DNA of 64,000 nt. Source: the human T2T-CHM13v2.0 reference genome, Homo sapiens. The DNA lies in NCBI RefSeq assembly GCF_009914755.1, contig NC_060929.1; one strand, written 5' to 3'. The notes under the pieces are model-generated. The model ran no database searches. It saw only the letters and a program-made list of their open reading frames with translations, and was not told the origin of the DNA. A program made the translations under genes and the position numbers. Shown here in pieces: positions 1 through 14,074 of this stretch. Positions within the stretch are counted from its first letter, which is position 1; the number at the start of each line of letters is the position of its first letter.

Positions 1-101
1 CCATGTTGGTCAGGCTGCTCTCGAAGTCCTGACCTCAGGTGATCCACCCACCTCAGCCTCCCAAAGTGCTAGGATTACAGGCATGAGCCACTGCGCCCGG
101 T
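1..101 (-). mobile_element. AluS left arm (continues beyond the window start)
   Basis: Reverse-complement Alu 5' end: ...GACCTCAGGTGATCCACCC...CCCAAAGTGCTAGGATTACAGGCATGAGCCACTGCGCCCGG. Confidence 0.95.
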
Positions 102-668
102 CTGTTTCCTGATGTGTTAATGATCGCCATTGTATCTGGTGTGAGATGGTATTTCATTGTGGTTTTGATTTGCATTTCACTAATAACCAGTGCTGATGAT
201 CTTTTCTTCATATGTTTGTTGGCTGCATTAATGTCTTCTTTTGAGAAGTGTCTGTTCATATCCTTTGCCCACTTTTTCATGGGGCTGTTTGTTTTTTCTT
301 GTAAATTTGTTTAAGTTCTTTGTAGATTCTGGATATTAGCCCTTTGTCAGATGGATAGATTGCAAAATTTTTCCCCCTTTCTGTAGGTTGCCTGTTCACC
401 CTGATGATAGTTTATTTTGCTGTGCAGAAACTCTTTAGTTTAATTAGATCCCATTTGTCAATTTTGGCTTTTGTTGCCATTGCTTTTGATGTTTTAGTCA
501 TGAAGTCTTTGCCCATGCCTATGTCCTGGATGTTATTGCCTAGATTTTCTTCTAGGGTTTTTATGGTTTTAGGTCTTACGTTTAAGTCTTTAATTCATCT
601 TGAGTTAATTCTTGTATAAGGTGTAAGGAAGGGGTCCAGTTTCAGTTTTCTGCATATGGCTAGCCAGT
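102..668 (-). mobile_element. LINE-1 (L1PA-type) fragment, ORF2 C-terminal region, 5'-truncated
   Basis: Minus-strand ORF 53..280 reads [39 protein letters not shown], a match to the L1 ORF2p C-terminus. Confidence 0.93.
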
Positions 669-1549
669 CCTTCTTGATTTAGTATTTGTGGGTTTTAAAA
701 AAGGAGTTTCCCAAAATATTCAGTTAAACTTTTAAGTGACTTACGTGTATATCTAAATACATGATCAGTTAATATTTGTCTTAAAGGGGTTTTCTTTGTT
801 CTTTTCTTATTATAGGAAGGTTAAACAATATGCTTATTTATGCCATAGCTTCACAAACAGGAAGGAGGTTTTAAATGGTTTAGTTCCACAATTTGAGTAG
901 ATGCATATTTAAAGAAACGTTGTTGCATAATAAATACTGCCTCTTCCTAAAATGCATCATGCCACAGCCAATTTTGGAAAACACAAATATGAGGTGAGTG
1001 TATTTTGAAAACTATGTGAATATAATAGATCTTTAATTCATATTTGTGGATTTTATGGGAAATACTTGTTTTCTAAGGCATCTGTCTTGCAAAAAGTCAG
1101 TTTCTGCTATGAAGGATGTTAAAGGGGATATGTAGGTTAAATTCTGTTTCTGAGCTTTGCTTCCAGAGTAAACACCCAACTTACTTTTGCCCTAAAGTAT
1201 TTTATTGTTCTAGTAGAGAAGACTAACAACATATTCTAAACCACTAAGTAATTTATGTAAACTTCGCTTACAAACTACACTTGTGTGACACTTATATGAG
1301 CAAAAGCATTTTCATATTTCTTACTATATCATTCAATTCTTGCTTACCCCAATGGAAGTGACTTTATGCCCCTTTAGAGACAATGGAAATCAGGTACTTC
1401 GTGATTTCTCTTAAAAAAAAAAAAAATGAACTAGAAAGCTCCAAGTTTGGTGAATCTGGAACCTGGGTATTCCAGTTCCAGTTGTAGCCCTTCCTCCCTA
1501 TCCATCACTCCTGTCTGCATGTAATTATGCAATACATTGAAAAGATTAA

Positions 1550-1770
1550 AAGATGGGTCTTGGACTCAGGCAGACCTGGGTCAAATCCAGATTCTGGCAC
1601 TGCCCAGCCATTGCCCCTGGGCAAGCCATTTTCCTCTTTGAACCTCATTTGTGAATTAAGCTAAAAATAGTCCCCACCCCCATGGGACTGTGGGAAGGAT
1701 TAAATAGAATAATGCATGAAAAGCAAATAGCAGAATGGTCCATAAATGTTAACCATTGTTATGTTATTAT
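1550..1770 (+). mobile_element. MIR SINE
   Basis: Degenerate MIR core (TTGGACTCAGGCAGACCTGGGTCAAATCC...GGGCAAGCCATTTTCCTCTTTGAACCTCA). Confidence 0.7.
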
Positions 1771-1967
1771 GTAATCTACAAAGTACGTTTAGTTACACTT
1801 CATGAAATACTTTCAGTTTTTCAAAGACACCACTAATACATGGGAAATCAAACCCTGAAAATTAATTTCACTTTAGCAGTAAAGTCACATGCCAGATGGA
1901 AAGGATAGTATTTCATGAACAAAGATTTTACTTTTGAGATTTGGTCTTACTTTTTTCTTTTTCTTAA

Positions 1968-2249
<282 letters not shown>

Positions 2250-3309
2250 TAATACTCTGAACCATATGAATTTGCCATTTTGGTAAGTCACAGACGCCAG
2301 ATGGTGGCAATTTCACATGGCACAACCCGAAAGATTAACAAACTATCCAGCAGATGAAAGGATTTTTTTTAGTTTCATTGGGTTTACTGAAGAAATTGTT
2401 TGAATTCTCATTGCATCTCCAGTTCAACAGATAATGAGTGAGTGATGCCACACTCTCAAGAGTTAAAAACAAAACAACAAAAAAATTAAAACAAAAGCAC
2501 ACAACTTTCTCTCTCTGTCCCAAAATACATACTTGCATACCCCCGCTCCAGATAAAATCCAAAGGGTAAAACTGTCTTCATGCCTGCAAATTCCTAAGGA
2601 GGGCACCTAAAGTACTTGACAGCGAGTGTGCTGAGGAAATCAGCAGCTGTTGAAGTCACCTCCTGTGCTCTTGCCAAATGTTTGAAAGGGAATACACTGG
2701 GTTACCGGGTGTATGTTGGGAGGGGAGCATTATCAGTGCTCGGGTGAGGCAAGTTCGGAGTACCCAGATGGAGACATCCGTGTCTGTGTCGCTCTGGATG
2801 CCTCCAAGCCAGCGTGTGTTTACTTTCTGTGTGTGTCACCATGTCTTTGTGCTTCTGGGTGCTTCTGTGTTTGTTTCTGGCCGCGTTTCTGTGTTGGACA
2901 GGGGTGACTTTGTGCCGGATGGCTTCTGTGTGAGAGCGCGCGCGAGTGTGCATGTCGGTGAGCTGGGAGGGTGTGTCTCAGTGTCTATGGCTGTGGTTCG
3001 GTATAAGTCTGAGCATGTCTGCCAGGGTGTATTTGTGCCTGTATGTGCGTGCCTCGGTGGGCACTCTCGTTTCCTTCCGAATGTGGGGCAGTGCCGGTGT
3101 GCTGCCCTCTGCCTTGAGACCTCAAGCCGCGCAGGCGCCCAGGGCAGGCAGGTAGCGGCCACAGAAGAGCCAAAAGCTCCCGGGTTGGCTGGTAAGGACA
3201 CCACCTCCAGCTTTAGCCCTCTGGGGCCAGCCAGGGTAGCCGGGAAGCAGTGGTGGCCCGCCCTCCAGGGAGCAGTTGGGCCCCGCCCGGGCCAGCCCCA
3301 GGAGAAGGA

Positions 3310-3335
3310 GGGCGAGGGGAGGGGAGGGAAAGGGG
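3310..3335 (+). promoter_or_regulatory. G-rich Sp1/MAZ-type tract; canonical G-quadruplex motif
   Basis: GGG-CGA-GGGG-A-GGGG-A-GGG-AAA-GGGG: five G-runs with loops of 1-3 nt. Confidence 0.7.
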
Positions 3336-3371
3336 AGGAGTGCCTCGCCCCTTCGCGGCTGCCGGCGTGCC

Positions 3372-3376
3372 ATTGG
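3372..3376 (-). promoter_or_regulatory. Inverted CCAAT box
   Basis: ATTGG about 70 bp upstream of the expected TSS (~3444). Confidence 0.65.
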
Positions 3377-3388
3377 CCGAAAGTTCCC

Positions 3389-3396
3389 GTACGTCA
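3389..3396 (+). promoter_or_regulatory. cAMP response element of the ADRB2 promoter
   Basis: GTACGTCA (TGACGTAC on the minus strand); the established ADRB2 promoter CRE. Confidence 0.85.
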
Positions 3397-3433
3397 CGGC
3401 GAGGGCAGTTCCCCTAAAGTCCTGTGCACATAA

Positions 3434-4906
<1,473 letters not shown>

Positions 4907-4929
4907 AGCAGTTTTTCTACTTTTAAAGA

Positions 4930-4940
4930 CCCCCCCCCCC
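4930..4940 (+). repeat. 3'UTR poly-C tract (C11)
   Basis: 11 consecutive C shortly after the stop codon; known to be length-polymorphic in ADRB2. Confidence 0.9.
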
Positions 4941-5040
4941 AACAGAACACTAAACAGACTATTTAACTTGAGGGTAATAAACTTAGAATAAAATTGTAAA
5001 ATTGTATAGAGATATGCAGAAGGAAGGGCATCCTTCTGCC

Positions 5041-5102
5041 TTTTTTATTTTTTTAAGCTGTAAAAAGAGAGAAAACTTATTTGAGTGATTATTTGTTATT
5101 TG
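5041..5102 (+). promoter_or_regulatory. U-rich/AU-rich 3'UTR element
   Basis: TTTTTTATTTTTTTAAG followed by repeated TTATTT; ADRB2 mRNA is known to be ARE-regulated. Confidence 0.7.
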
Positions 5103-5205
5103 TACAGTTCAGTTCCTCTTTGCATGGAATTTGTAAGTTTATGTCTAAAGAGCTTTAGTCCTAGAGGACCTGAGTCTGCTATATTTTCATGACTTTTCCA
5201 TGTAT

Positions 5206-5213
5206 CTACCTCA
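5206..5213 (+). promoter_or_regulatory. let-7 8-mer target site
   Basis: CTACCTCA, the exact 8-mer for the let-7 seed; let-7f regulation of ADRB2 is established. Confidence 0.85.
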
Positions 5214-5239
5214 CTATTCAAGTATTAGGGGTAATATAT

Positions 5240-5246
5240 TGCTGCT
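5240..5246 (+). promoter_or_regulatory. miR-15/16 family 7mer-m8 site
   Basis: TGCTGCT in the 3'UTR. Confidence 0.6.
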
Positions 5247-5427
5247 GGTAATTTGTATCTGAAGGAGATTTTCCTTCCTACACCCTTGGACTTGAGGATT
5301 TTGAGTATCTCGGACCTTTCAGCTGTGAACATGGACTCTTCCCCCACTCCTCTTATTTGCTCACACGGGGTATTTTAGGCAGGGATTTGAGGAGCAGCTT
5401 CAGTTGTTTTCCCGAGCAAAGTCTAAA

Positions 5428-5434
5428 GTTTACA
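5428..5434 (+). promoter_or_regulatory. miR-30 family 7mer-A1 site
   Basis: GTTTACA just upstream of the distal poly(A) signal. Confidence 0.45.
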
Positions 5435-5437
5435 GTA

Positions 5438-5443
5438 AATAAA
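5438..5443 (+). terminator. Main polyadenylation signal of ADRB2
   Basis: AATAAA at a position giving the ~2.0 kb mRNA from a TSS near 3444. Confidence 0.8.
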
Positions 5444-6103
5444 TTGTTTGACCATGCCTTCATTGCACCTGTTTCTCCAAAACCCCTTGACTGGAGTGCT
5501 GTTGCCTCCCCCACTGGAAACCGCAGGTAACTACTTGTAATTACTGCCCATGACTTAATGTAGAATGATACAAGAATGACATGCACAGATTGCTTAACCC
5601 TTTCATTTGCCTTTGAGTCTGCTGCTGCAAAGCTGCATCTCTCCTGACACTTGTGCCCCAAATCAGTTCTGCCTGCTCTTAGTATAGCTCAACTCTCCCT
5701 ATGGTTATTGTTCTGTGTTGTTACCTCAGAAACACTGACTCACAGAAGCGGAGTTAAGGGGATATGTTTTTTTCTCTCCACGTGCACCCACCACCCACCT
5801 TCCAGTTCTACTTGTTTCAAAACTGTTTATATTTCTGTCTTGGCCATGTGTTACAGTGGAGCTCTTTGTACTGCATCAGGGCTTGGCATTTTAGGGATAA
5901 GGAAGATGTTCTTATGAGGAAGCTACTCAGACATGGCCCCGTAATTCTGAGGGAAAATTCAAAAGGCATTGGTCATGGGGAGAAAAGCTGGAGAACACAT
6001 AACTGATGGATACCTCATGAACTAGAAACAGAATTTTAACCCCTTTTCCTTCTTTCCTTTGGTCCCTGTTTTCTTCTCCCACTGACTCTCCTCGATTCAG
6101 TGT

Positions 6104-6308
6104 AAACCAAGGTTCTGAGTCTTAGCACTGTTAGCATTTTGGACCAGATAACTCTTTGTTATGGGGGCTGCATCATTGTATGTGTAGCACCTCTGGCCTC
6201 TGTTCATTAGATGCCAATAGCACCCCCTGCTTATAACAAGCAAAAATGTTTCCAGACATTGCAAAAGAGCCCCTGAGGTGCGAATTAGCCCCTGGTTGAG
6301 AGTCACTG
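6104..6308 (-). mobile_element. MER20 (hAT-Charlie MITE)
   Basis: AAATGTTTCCAGACATTGC...GCCCCTGGTTGAGAGTCACTG terminus. Confidence 0.8.
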
Positions 6309-8224
6309 GTAGAAACTGTAAAAATCTCAGCAGATACATACATTCTTTCTAATGCAAGCGCTTGATTGTGCAGAGCCTTAGAGAGGGATTTTCACAGTTC
6401 ACCTAGGCAGTAACAGACCCTCACCAGCACTCTTTCCATTCCATCATGCTGCCTTCTAAACTTGTTTTCTAGCTGCCCAAATAGTGATCATGAAATGTTA
6501 AGAAGGCTTTAAGTCTGTACATGAATTGTTTGAGAGGGTTTATCAATGGAGGTGAGGCCTGTGGGCCATGACTCCTGTTTGTGAAGAGATTATAATACTG
6601 TCAAGAGGCACGTTAGGGGAAATCACAAAAGTAAACACATTTCTTCTCCCAGCCCCTTTCTATTTTTGCCTGTGTGTCTGAGCCAGAGCTTGGCCCAGGT
6701 TTGATGAAGTGGATCGTCCTCCTTGGCAACGCCAGGCTAGAGCAGATCAGCCTGCAGGGTTCATTGCCATTCCACTGGCTCATGAAGCTGACTCCACTCC
6801 CCTCTTCCTTTCTGTTGCAGCCAAGGTCCCCAACCAGAAAAGCATTGGCCTTCTCTGCTTCCTGTCAACTCAATGATGGGATGTTTGGGTGAGCACCGAG
6901 CTATCAGGAGAAGGTTAGGCGCCTGTGATTTTGGAACATGCCATGGCAAATTGGAGAATGTGTGTCATTCAGTGCTTTTACTTTTTTCCAAGGGTTTTCA
7001 TACCTATTGAAAACCCTTATTACACATTATCACCTTCTCTTTCTACTGCTATTATCACATTCTCTTTCTACTGCTCTGGTCTCCACACTCAGAGATTTGG
7101 GCAGCTTCTTTGGCTAATATTCATGCTCCCTGTAGCCTCATAAGATCTCAGACATGGAAGAGCCCATAGAAAGTATTTAACATCTGATGAGACTGAAACG
7201 CTGTGAGGTGAAGGGCTTGCCCAAGGTAAGCAGCCAAGGATGTCAGAGTGGGACTCAAGCCAGGGAACCCAACTGCTATTCCAGGAACTGCTGCATTCTC
7301 TCCACCACATTAGCATTGCGTTCTTTCCTCACCCTCAACTGGGGCTATAACATAACACATTCATTTCAGCCAATATATTTTTCTTTTGTCCTTAACACAA
7401 AATTTAGAGCATAAACAAATAATCTGCAATAGAGACAAAAGAAATAATTGTTCATTTAACTCAACAAGCATCCACTAGGATATCTTCTGCATTTAGGGAA
7501 GCTGGGAGATTCCTTAGCTCTTTATAACCAGATGTCGGTGTTGTATATATACTCTTTTGCCTAAAGGAATGTCTAATGTAATTTCTGTTAAAATTCAGGT
7601 ATTAATGTTAATTCAGATTCCCAGCTAAAAGGAGAGTTTAACCATATTCACGTTCCTTTAGGAATACTGTAGACACAAGAACCTTGATTAGTTTTAAGGG
7701 TCCTGATAAGCAAGAGCATTCTAGGCATATCTTAATCCTTTGCTTTCTACCTCTTTGGTGTGTTGCTTTGTTTCTTTTGAGGGGTTGGCTTTTGTCAGTG
7801 TCCCTTCGTCTCTCTGTTTGCTGACATGCTGGCCACCTAAGGTTTGTGTTGTATTCCTCATCGTGAGTTTTTTTTTTGCCTGGACAGCAAGTTCTCAGAG
7901 TCTGTCAAATAAGAAGAACTTTTTTCTAAGATGCAAGCTGAGAGGTGTGAACAGTGGCAGGACAGGGTGAGCCTCCCCACTGCAATAATTAATGGGATAA
8001 GGAATCTGGAGAAAGGGGAGCTTGAGAATAGGAACTGTCTTTACATGATTCTTAGAATGTTTCTTATGGTGAACCTATTGCCAAATGGAGCCTAAACCAG
8101 AATCAGTCAGAAAGTATTTATGGAGCACCTACTGTATGCAGCATGAGAAAAGTATAGGTTTCCATTTCTGCCTTTTGGATCATGATATTAAGGATACTAA
8201 GCAGATACCTTTTATGGAATCTTA

Positions 8225-8420
8225 CTAAAAGTTAGTGACTATGTTAGACACCTGTTAGGCGTTATGTCCTCACAACTGTATGATGTAGGTAGCATAATTG
8301 TCCTCATCTAACAAATGAGGGAGCTGAGGCTCAGAAAGCTTCAGTAACTTTCCAAAGCCATACAACCAACTAGTTGCAGAGTCAGGACGAGAACCCAGGT
8401 CTCTGTGATTCCAGGATCCA
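8225..8420 (-). mobile_element. MIR SINE
   Basis: ACAAATGAGGGAGCTGAGGCTCAGAAAG...AACCCAGGTCTCTGTGATTCCA. Confidence 0.75.
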
Positions 8421-10694
8421 TGGAGCCTAGCACCCAGGCAAACCAGGAAGCAGCACGAGGTAGCTTAGAATCTGTGCCAGAACAAGTGTAAGAACTGGAA
8501 ATGCAATACTTTGTTGAGAGAAGACGGAGACTGCTGTGGGTTGAGGCAGGGAGGAATGTTCCCTTCCAAGCATGTGACTGCAGGGTTTCTGGGGACTGAC
8601 ACAAAAAACCAATCACTGAAGTGCCTAGTTTGCTTCTCCAAGTCTTTGTTTTGTCTTCTCATCAGAGAATCAGACCAAAATGGAAAGAGGATATGAAACT
8701 CTAAAACGAACACAGCAGAGTAAAGCAGAAACACAGGCTGCCCTACGTCCTGGCACTCTTTCTCAGCTCCAAAGTTGGGAAGGCCTCCTAAATTGAGTGG
8801 GTAGCCAGACCTTATGGAAATTTGATAGGCCTGGGTAGCCATATAGGTATGTTTTCCATCTTGAGCTAGCATTCTAGATCAAAGGAGATGATTTTCTGAC
8901 AGCAGAGAGCAAGGAAGCTTAATATGCTTTGAATGATACTTTCCATTGACAGTATAACCTCTACTAAATTCAGTCTGTGCTAATCCATACTTCACTGACA
9001 GTGCAAATATAATTTGAAGGAGGGATTTTTCTAAATGCGTAAGAGAACAAACTTCCTAAGCACTTTCAAGAACTTGAGAAATTCTGGTGTTTTGTGAATA
9101 ATAGGAGGCAGGGTGAGGTGAAAAGAGCCCCCCTCCAACCTCCCACCCACCACCCCACTCTCTCTCTCTCTGAAGTTGGGTGAGGCGGTTTTCTTCAGCC
9201 GACTTCCGTTTACTCATCTGTAATTTGAGGCCAGTACAGGTGGTATCTAAGCTCTGCTCCCCTCTGAATTTATACAGTTGTTAATTTACAGGCTAGAGAT
9301 AATCATTTATATTTCTAATTAGAGTTGATGACATTTGCCATATAAACAATGGTTGAATATTCTGAAGGTTGTCAGCCTGCAGAAGAGAATGCTGTGAAGT
9401 ACTATTTGGTGCATGATAATTGCTTTTCAGTATGATCTAGGGGGGAAAAAAACAGATTTCTCGGTTCTGCATGAATACAAGAAGGCAAGCAGAACTTTAC
9501 AGAAAGGCAGATTCTAGCTCGGGTATAGGAAGACTTTCCAAAGAGCGAAATAAATGATCTATCAGAATTGTGAACCTCCCGTTTTTGGAAGCATTCAAGA
9601 GAAGCCCAGATGAAGCTGAAGCTCTGTTCAGGATGAAGCACAAGGCCTGCACTGAGCAGGAGGCTGGGCTAGGCTCTTTCCAAATCTGTGATCCTATGTC
9701 CTTGAAAACAGCAGACCTGAATGTTCTTAAAGTGTATTCAAACTGTTCCCTAATTCCAGCTGGCCTTCTCCCCAATTCCTCTGGATTTCAGAGGTTTCAC
9801 TGCATTCCTAAATGGGAAACCTCCGGGGGAAATCAGTATCTCAACAACCTTTGGCCATGGGGAGAAATCCAGAAATAGAGCAATAAGGTTAAGCAGTTTT
9901 CCAAACTATTAGACCTTTTCATCAGCTGCTCTTCCCATGCCTTTTGCAAATGACCTACTAACTCCCAGAGCGAGAATAATGAGAGCTGCAAAGTCCTCTC
10001 TGCAAAGACTATTACATCCTTCTCCACCCTCGGAATCATTGCACTTCCTCTGGTCTTTTTGTCACCCCTACAGGGCAGGAAGGAATAGAGGCAGGTCCCT
10101 GGCTAGCACTGGAACACTTCAAAGCTTCTAGCCCCAAAGCCTGGAGACCTGGGGTCTGTCATAGCCCAGCCACTAAGAGTCTGGGTAACCTCAGGCAGGC
10201 CACTTCCCTTCTCTAGACCCATTTCATCACCTCTAAAGAGAGATGCTTTGGTTTATATGGGTCCTCTGTTTCCTTCTTTCTCTAAAATTCTGTAAGATAT
10301 TAGGAAGTCTTCAGCACCACACATCTGACTGCATTGCTTTTATTTTTAAAAGCATATTTTTTTCTTTTTAAAAGGATAATGGATAATTATTATAGGACAT
10401 TTAAAAGTATATGAAAGTATAAAATGAGATAAATCCCACTTAATGTCACCACCTAAAGATAACCATCAATAAATTTGATGATGTATATGCTTCCAGTCTT
10501 TGTTCTAAGCCTAGCTATACAAATGTACATAAATATATTTGTAAATGAAAATAGAATTATATTATTTATACTGTTTTGGATCCACTGCTGATACTTTTAC
10601 AAATGTTCCCTTGAACTTACTTTTATGTATACTGTGATACAGATGTTATAATTCCTGTTTGCCCATTGGCCTGATTTTATAGTGTTCAGGTACG

Positions 10695-10822
10695 AAAGAA
10701 TCACCACTCCCGGAGAGTCTGAATCACAAGGTCTGAGTTGGGGTCTAAGAATCTGCATTTTAGCAAGTTTCTCCAAGTTTTTCCAACACAGATCGTCCAT
10801 GGGCCACATTTTGAGAAATAAG
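10695..10822. mobile_element. MER5A-like DNA transposon fragment
   Basis: TGAATCACAAGGTCTG...AAGAATCTGCATTTTAGCAAG...CACATTTTGAGAA. Confidence 0.6.
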
Positions 10823-11139
10823 GCTACAAAGATATAAACTTTGTGTAAATCAGAGAGAATCCCTCCCCCTGCCCCTTGCTAGTGGATGAAAAAGATGTTT
10901 CTATACTTGCCTTGCTGAAAGCACACTTTCTGCACCTGGGCTCTAATCTGCTTTCGGAGCAGAGGAAACTAACCACTGAACACCCAGGACAGAGTTCTTT
11001 TGACATTGTTGAATGCCTCCTACCCAGCCTGTTGATTTGTGTGAAAATAAGTCTATTCAGGTCACACAGTGACCAATAACTTCTGTTTGGAAAAGTGCAA
11101 CAGTAGGTTTTTATTCTCATAGAGAGCCTCTTTTGATAA

Positions 11140-11375
11140 TAGTAACTGCTAATAGCTACGAAGTGCTTCTTATGAGCCAAGCATTATAGTTGGCAATTCT
11201 GGTGCATGCTCTCATTTAGTATTCACACAATAATATGCTATTATGTTTGCCTTCATTTTATAAATTGGAAAACTAAGACTTTCAGAGGTAAACTAAGCTG
11301 TCCAAGATCACATAACCCACTGGAGTGAAACCCAGGTATTCTGAACCAGAGTCTGTGTGTGTGTTTTGCCACTAG
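11140..11375 (-). mobile_element. MIR SINE
   Basis: Degenerate MIR core (CATTTTATAAATTGGAAAACTAAGAC...TCCAAGATCACA). Confidence 0.6.
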
Positions 11376-12639
11376 AATAGGCCGTCTGTCTTTTCTCAGT
11401 TGGAGATCAGGTAAGAAAGAAGGAAGGAGAAGATTATGAGAGGTTATTTTTAATGGGTGCATTTTGTTCTAATTCTCCATGGAATCTTCTCAGAGGGGCC
11501 TGATTAATGTATGCCCCTTGAGACCAAGGAGCAAGCACTACTGTCTAGGCAGGTTGTGATTAAGTATAAACTAGGAAACAGGATCGTACTTAGAGTCGGC
11601 ATCTCTGTCTTTCGCCATCATTCAGACACAGTTTAAGTGAGCTTCCCCTGCCAGATAGCAGGGCAGAAGGAGACACCTGATCACAGCACAATGGTTTGCA
11701 CTGAGTCAAATCACCACTTTCGGGCCAGGAAGCTCTTGACATCTGGAAATTGGGTGCTCTTGCCATGTCTCTGACAAGGTCTGTGTCAGCATCTGAGGTT
11801 TCTCATTAGAGAATAGCAGGGTGAGATGGGCCATGACACAGCCTGTAACTCCTTATTCCTTAGTGCACTGGCTGCAAAACCTGGGCTCAAGGTGGCTGGG
11901 GTCACTGGGCAAAGTAGGACAGGGCCCCAGGGAGCATGCTCTCTGCTGGCTTGGTTTATTTTATTTTATTTTTTCCAGTGCTGTGAGGGGAAGACGGGAG
12001 TTTTTAAATTGGTTCATATATCCAGGGAAAGAAAAGCGTTTTTAAAATCATAACAGCAACACCCATGACAAAGCAAAAGTAGAATTCTAGGGAACTCTTG
12101 GTTTTTTTTCAAGCACACCATACCGATTTTACAACCTAAGGCTTGTGTCCCAAAGCCACAACTCTTTGTAGGGGGAATTTTCTTCATTTCTTCAATTCTA
12201 TCTCTAAAACTACTGCTTAGTTTTCTTTTTATAAAAATCCATTTAGATATTTCTAAATATCACAGACAACCCTTATGGTCTGTTGGTGGGTTTTTGTTGC
12301 TGTTGTTTTATTTTGTTTTGTTTGTCTGAGAGGTCCTCATGGTTCTTGTGATATGTATTGCAAAAATAAGTCTGTTCTGCTCACAATGTTGCTCACAAAC
12401 ATTCAAACTGGGTTTCTTGTTTCATTTTCCACAATGTCTACAAATCCAAACGTTCACCCAGCATCCTCAATGCAAAAGAATAGACGGTTAACCTGAAGGA
12501 CAGAGTGGTGCCAGCCTTAGAAATCTTTTTTTATAGAATTGTGAAGGGGTTAGTTGTGTCAGTTTACGTATGAATTTCTTGATGTTATTTTATTTTATGG
12601 CAGTTACAGAACACAGAAATGATTTGGGGAAACTTCTGA

Positions 12640-12775
12640 GAAAATGAACATTCCTGACGCCCATTCTGAGATTCTGAGCTAATAGCATTGTAGTTGGGGG
12701 CCAGGAATCTGCATTTGCCACAACTTTCCCAGAGGACGGTAAAGCGGGTGGTCCAAGGATCACAATTTGGGGCCA
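12640..12775. mobile_element. MER5A-like fragment
   Basis: GAGATTCTGA...GGGGGCCAGGAATCTGCATTT...GGTCCAAGGATCACA. Confidence 0.55.
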
Positions 12776-13705
12776 TGGGAGATCACACTGTCTTCTTCTT
12801 CCCTTCCTGCTCTACAGCACAGAAAGTAGGCATGTAAAAGCTGATCATATATGGCTGTATGCATGCACACAAATAGCCGTTCAGTCAAATAAGCAGAAGT
12901 CGTATTTTCCTGTGTTATCAAATTTAAAAAAGAAGATGAAAACAATTCGTAAATTAACATAAAAGAGGAAGGTGATAATAAAATGCCTTGAGCAACTAGG
13001 CACTTAATTAAAATGGTGTTTTGTCACTGACATGGCATTTAACCAGGGATACCTCCAACCTCCCAATAGCATCACTGTCACCTAGACTCTGGCCCTCTGC
13101 ATGTAAATGGGGAGGTAGCAGCCCAGGAAGAAAAACGAATTTTGCTCCAGTGATAGGTTCCTAGTCCAGTGCTCCTTCCTCCACAACACCTGCCTTGGGT
13201 TAAGTCAAATTATACTAAGGTGCATTTGGATCAGTTCACCTAATGCATATAAACCCTCCTTCTTAGAAATCTGAAAGGGGACCCACCCAGCTGCAAAGAA
13301 GAATATGACTCACACACATGTATATATACACTTCCACAGATGTACACACCCAAATAAACACACACATAGACTTTTACCTTGATGCCTATACCCATATCAG
13401 CAAAAATGCACACACACGCATTTTCACATAGATATTTGTACAAATCTAGGTTTTTTGTACACTTCCATATGATTGCTTAAATAAATGTAGGATGTAGACA
13501 TACTCAGTATATATTGTCCTTAGATAGAACACTCTTCCTTAGATATATACTGGCATAGGGATCCTTAAGCAGACTTCTCTGTGCTCCAGATGAGTAAATA
13601 TGCCATGTCATGTCATCATGGTCATGCTGATACCTAAGTACACGCAGATTTATATGCTGACCTCTCTCCCTATGGAAGTGTATACACCTTTCATTCAGTA
13701 CCTGC

Positions 13706-14070
13706 TGATAAGGCTTGGCTGTGTCTCCAACCAAATCTCATCTCTAATCATAGCTCCCATAATTCCCATGTATTGTGGGAGGGACCCGGTGGGATATAGT
13801 TGAATTATGGGGGCAGTTTGCCCCATGCTGTTGTCATGGTAGTGAATAAGTCTCATGAGATCTGGTGGTTTTATAAGGGGAAACACCTTTCGTTTGGTTC
13901 TTACTCTCTCTCTCGCCTGCCGCCAAGTAAGACATGCCTTTTGCCTTCTTCACGATTGTGAGGACCCCCCGCAGCCACTTGGAACCGTGAGTCCATTAAA
14001 CCTCTTTTTCTTTATAAATTACCCAGTCTTGGGTATGTCTTTATCAGCAGCGTGAAAATGGACTAATATT
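13706..14070 (+). mobile_element. THE1-family solo LTR (MaLR)
   Basis: TGATA.GG.TTGGCTGTGTC start, AAACCTCTTTTTCTTTATAAATTACCCAGTC...GGACTAATA end; degenerate 5-bp TSD CCTGC/CATGT. Confidence 0.9.
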
Positions 14071-14074
14071 CATG

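Noticed and set aside
53-619. ORFs with recognisable protein similarity near the window start
   Set aside because: They are L1 ORF2 remnants and their antisense frames, not host genes.
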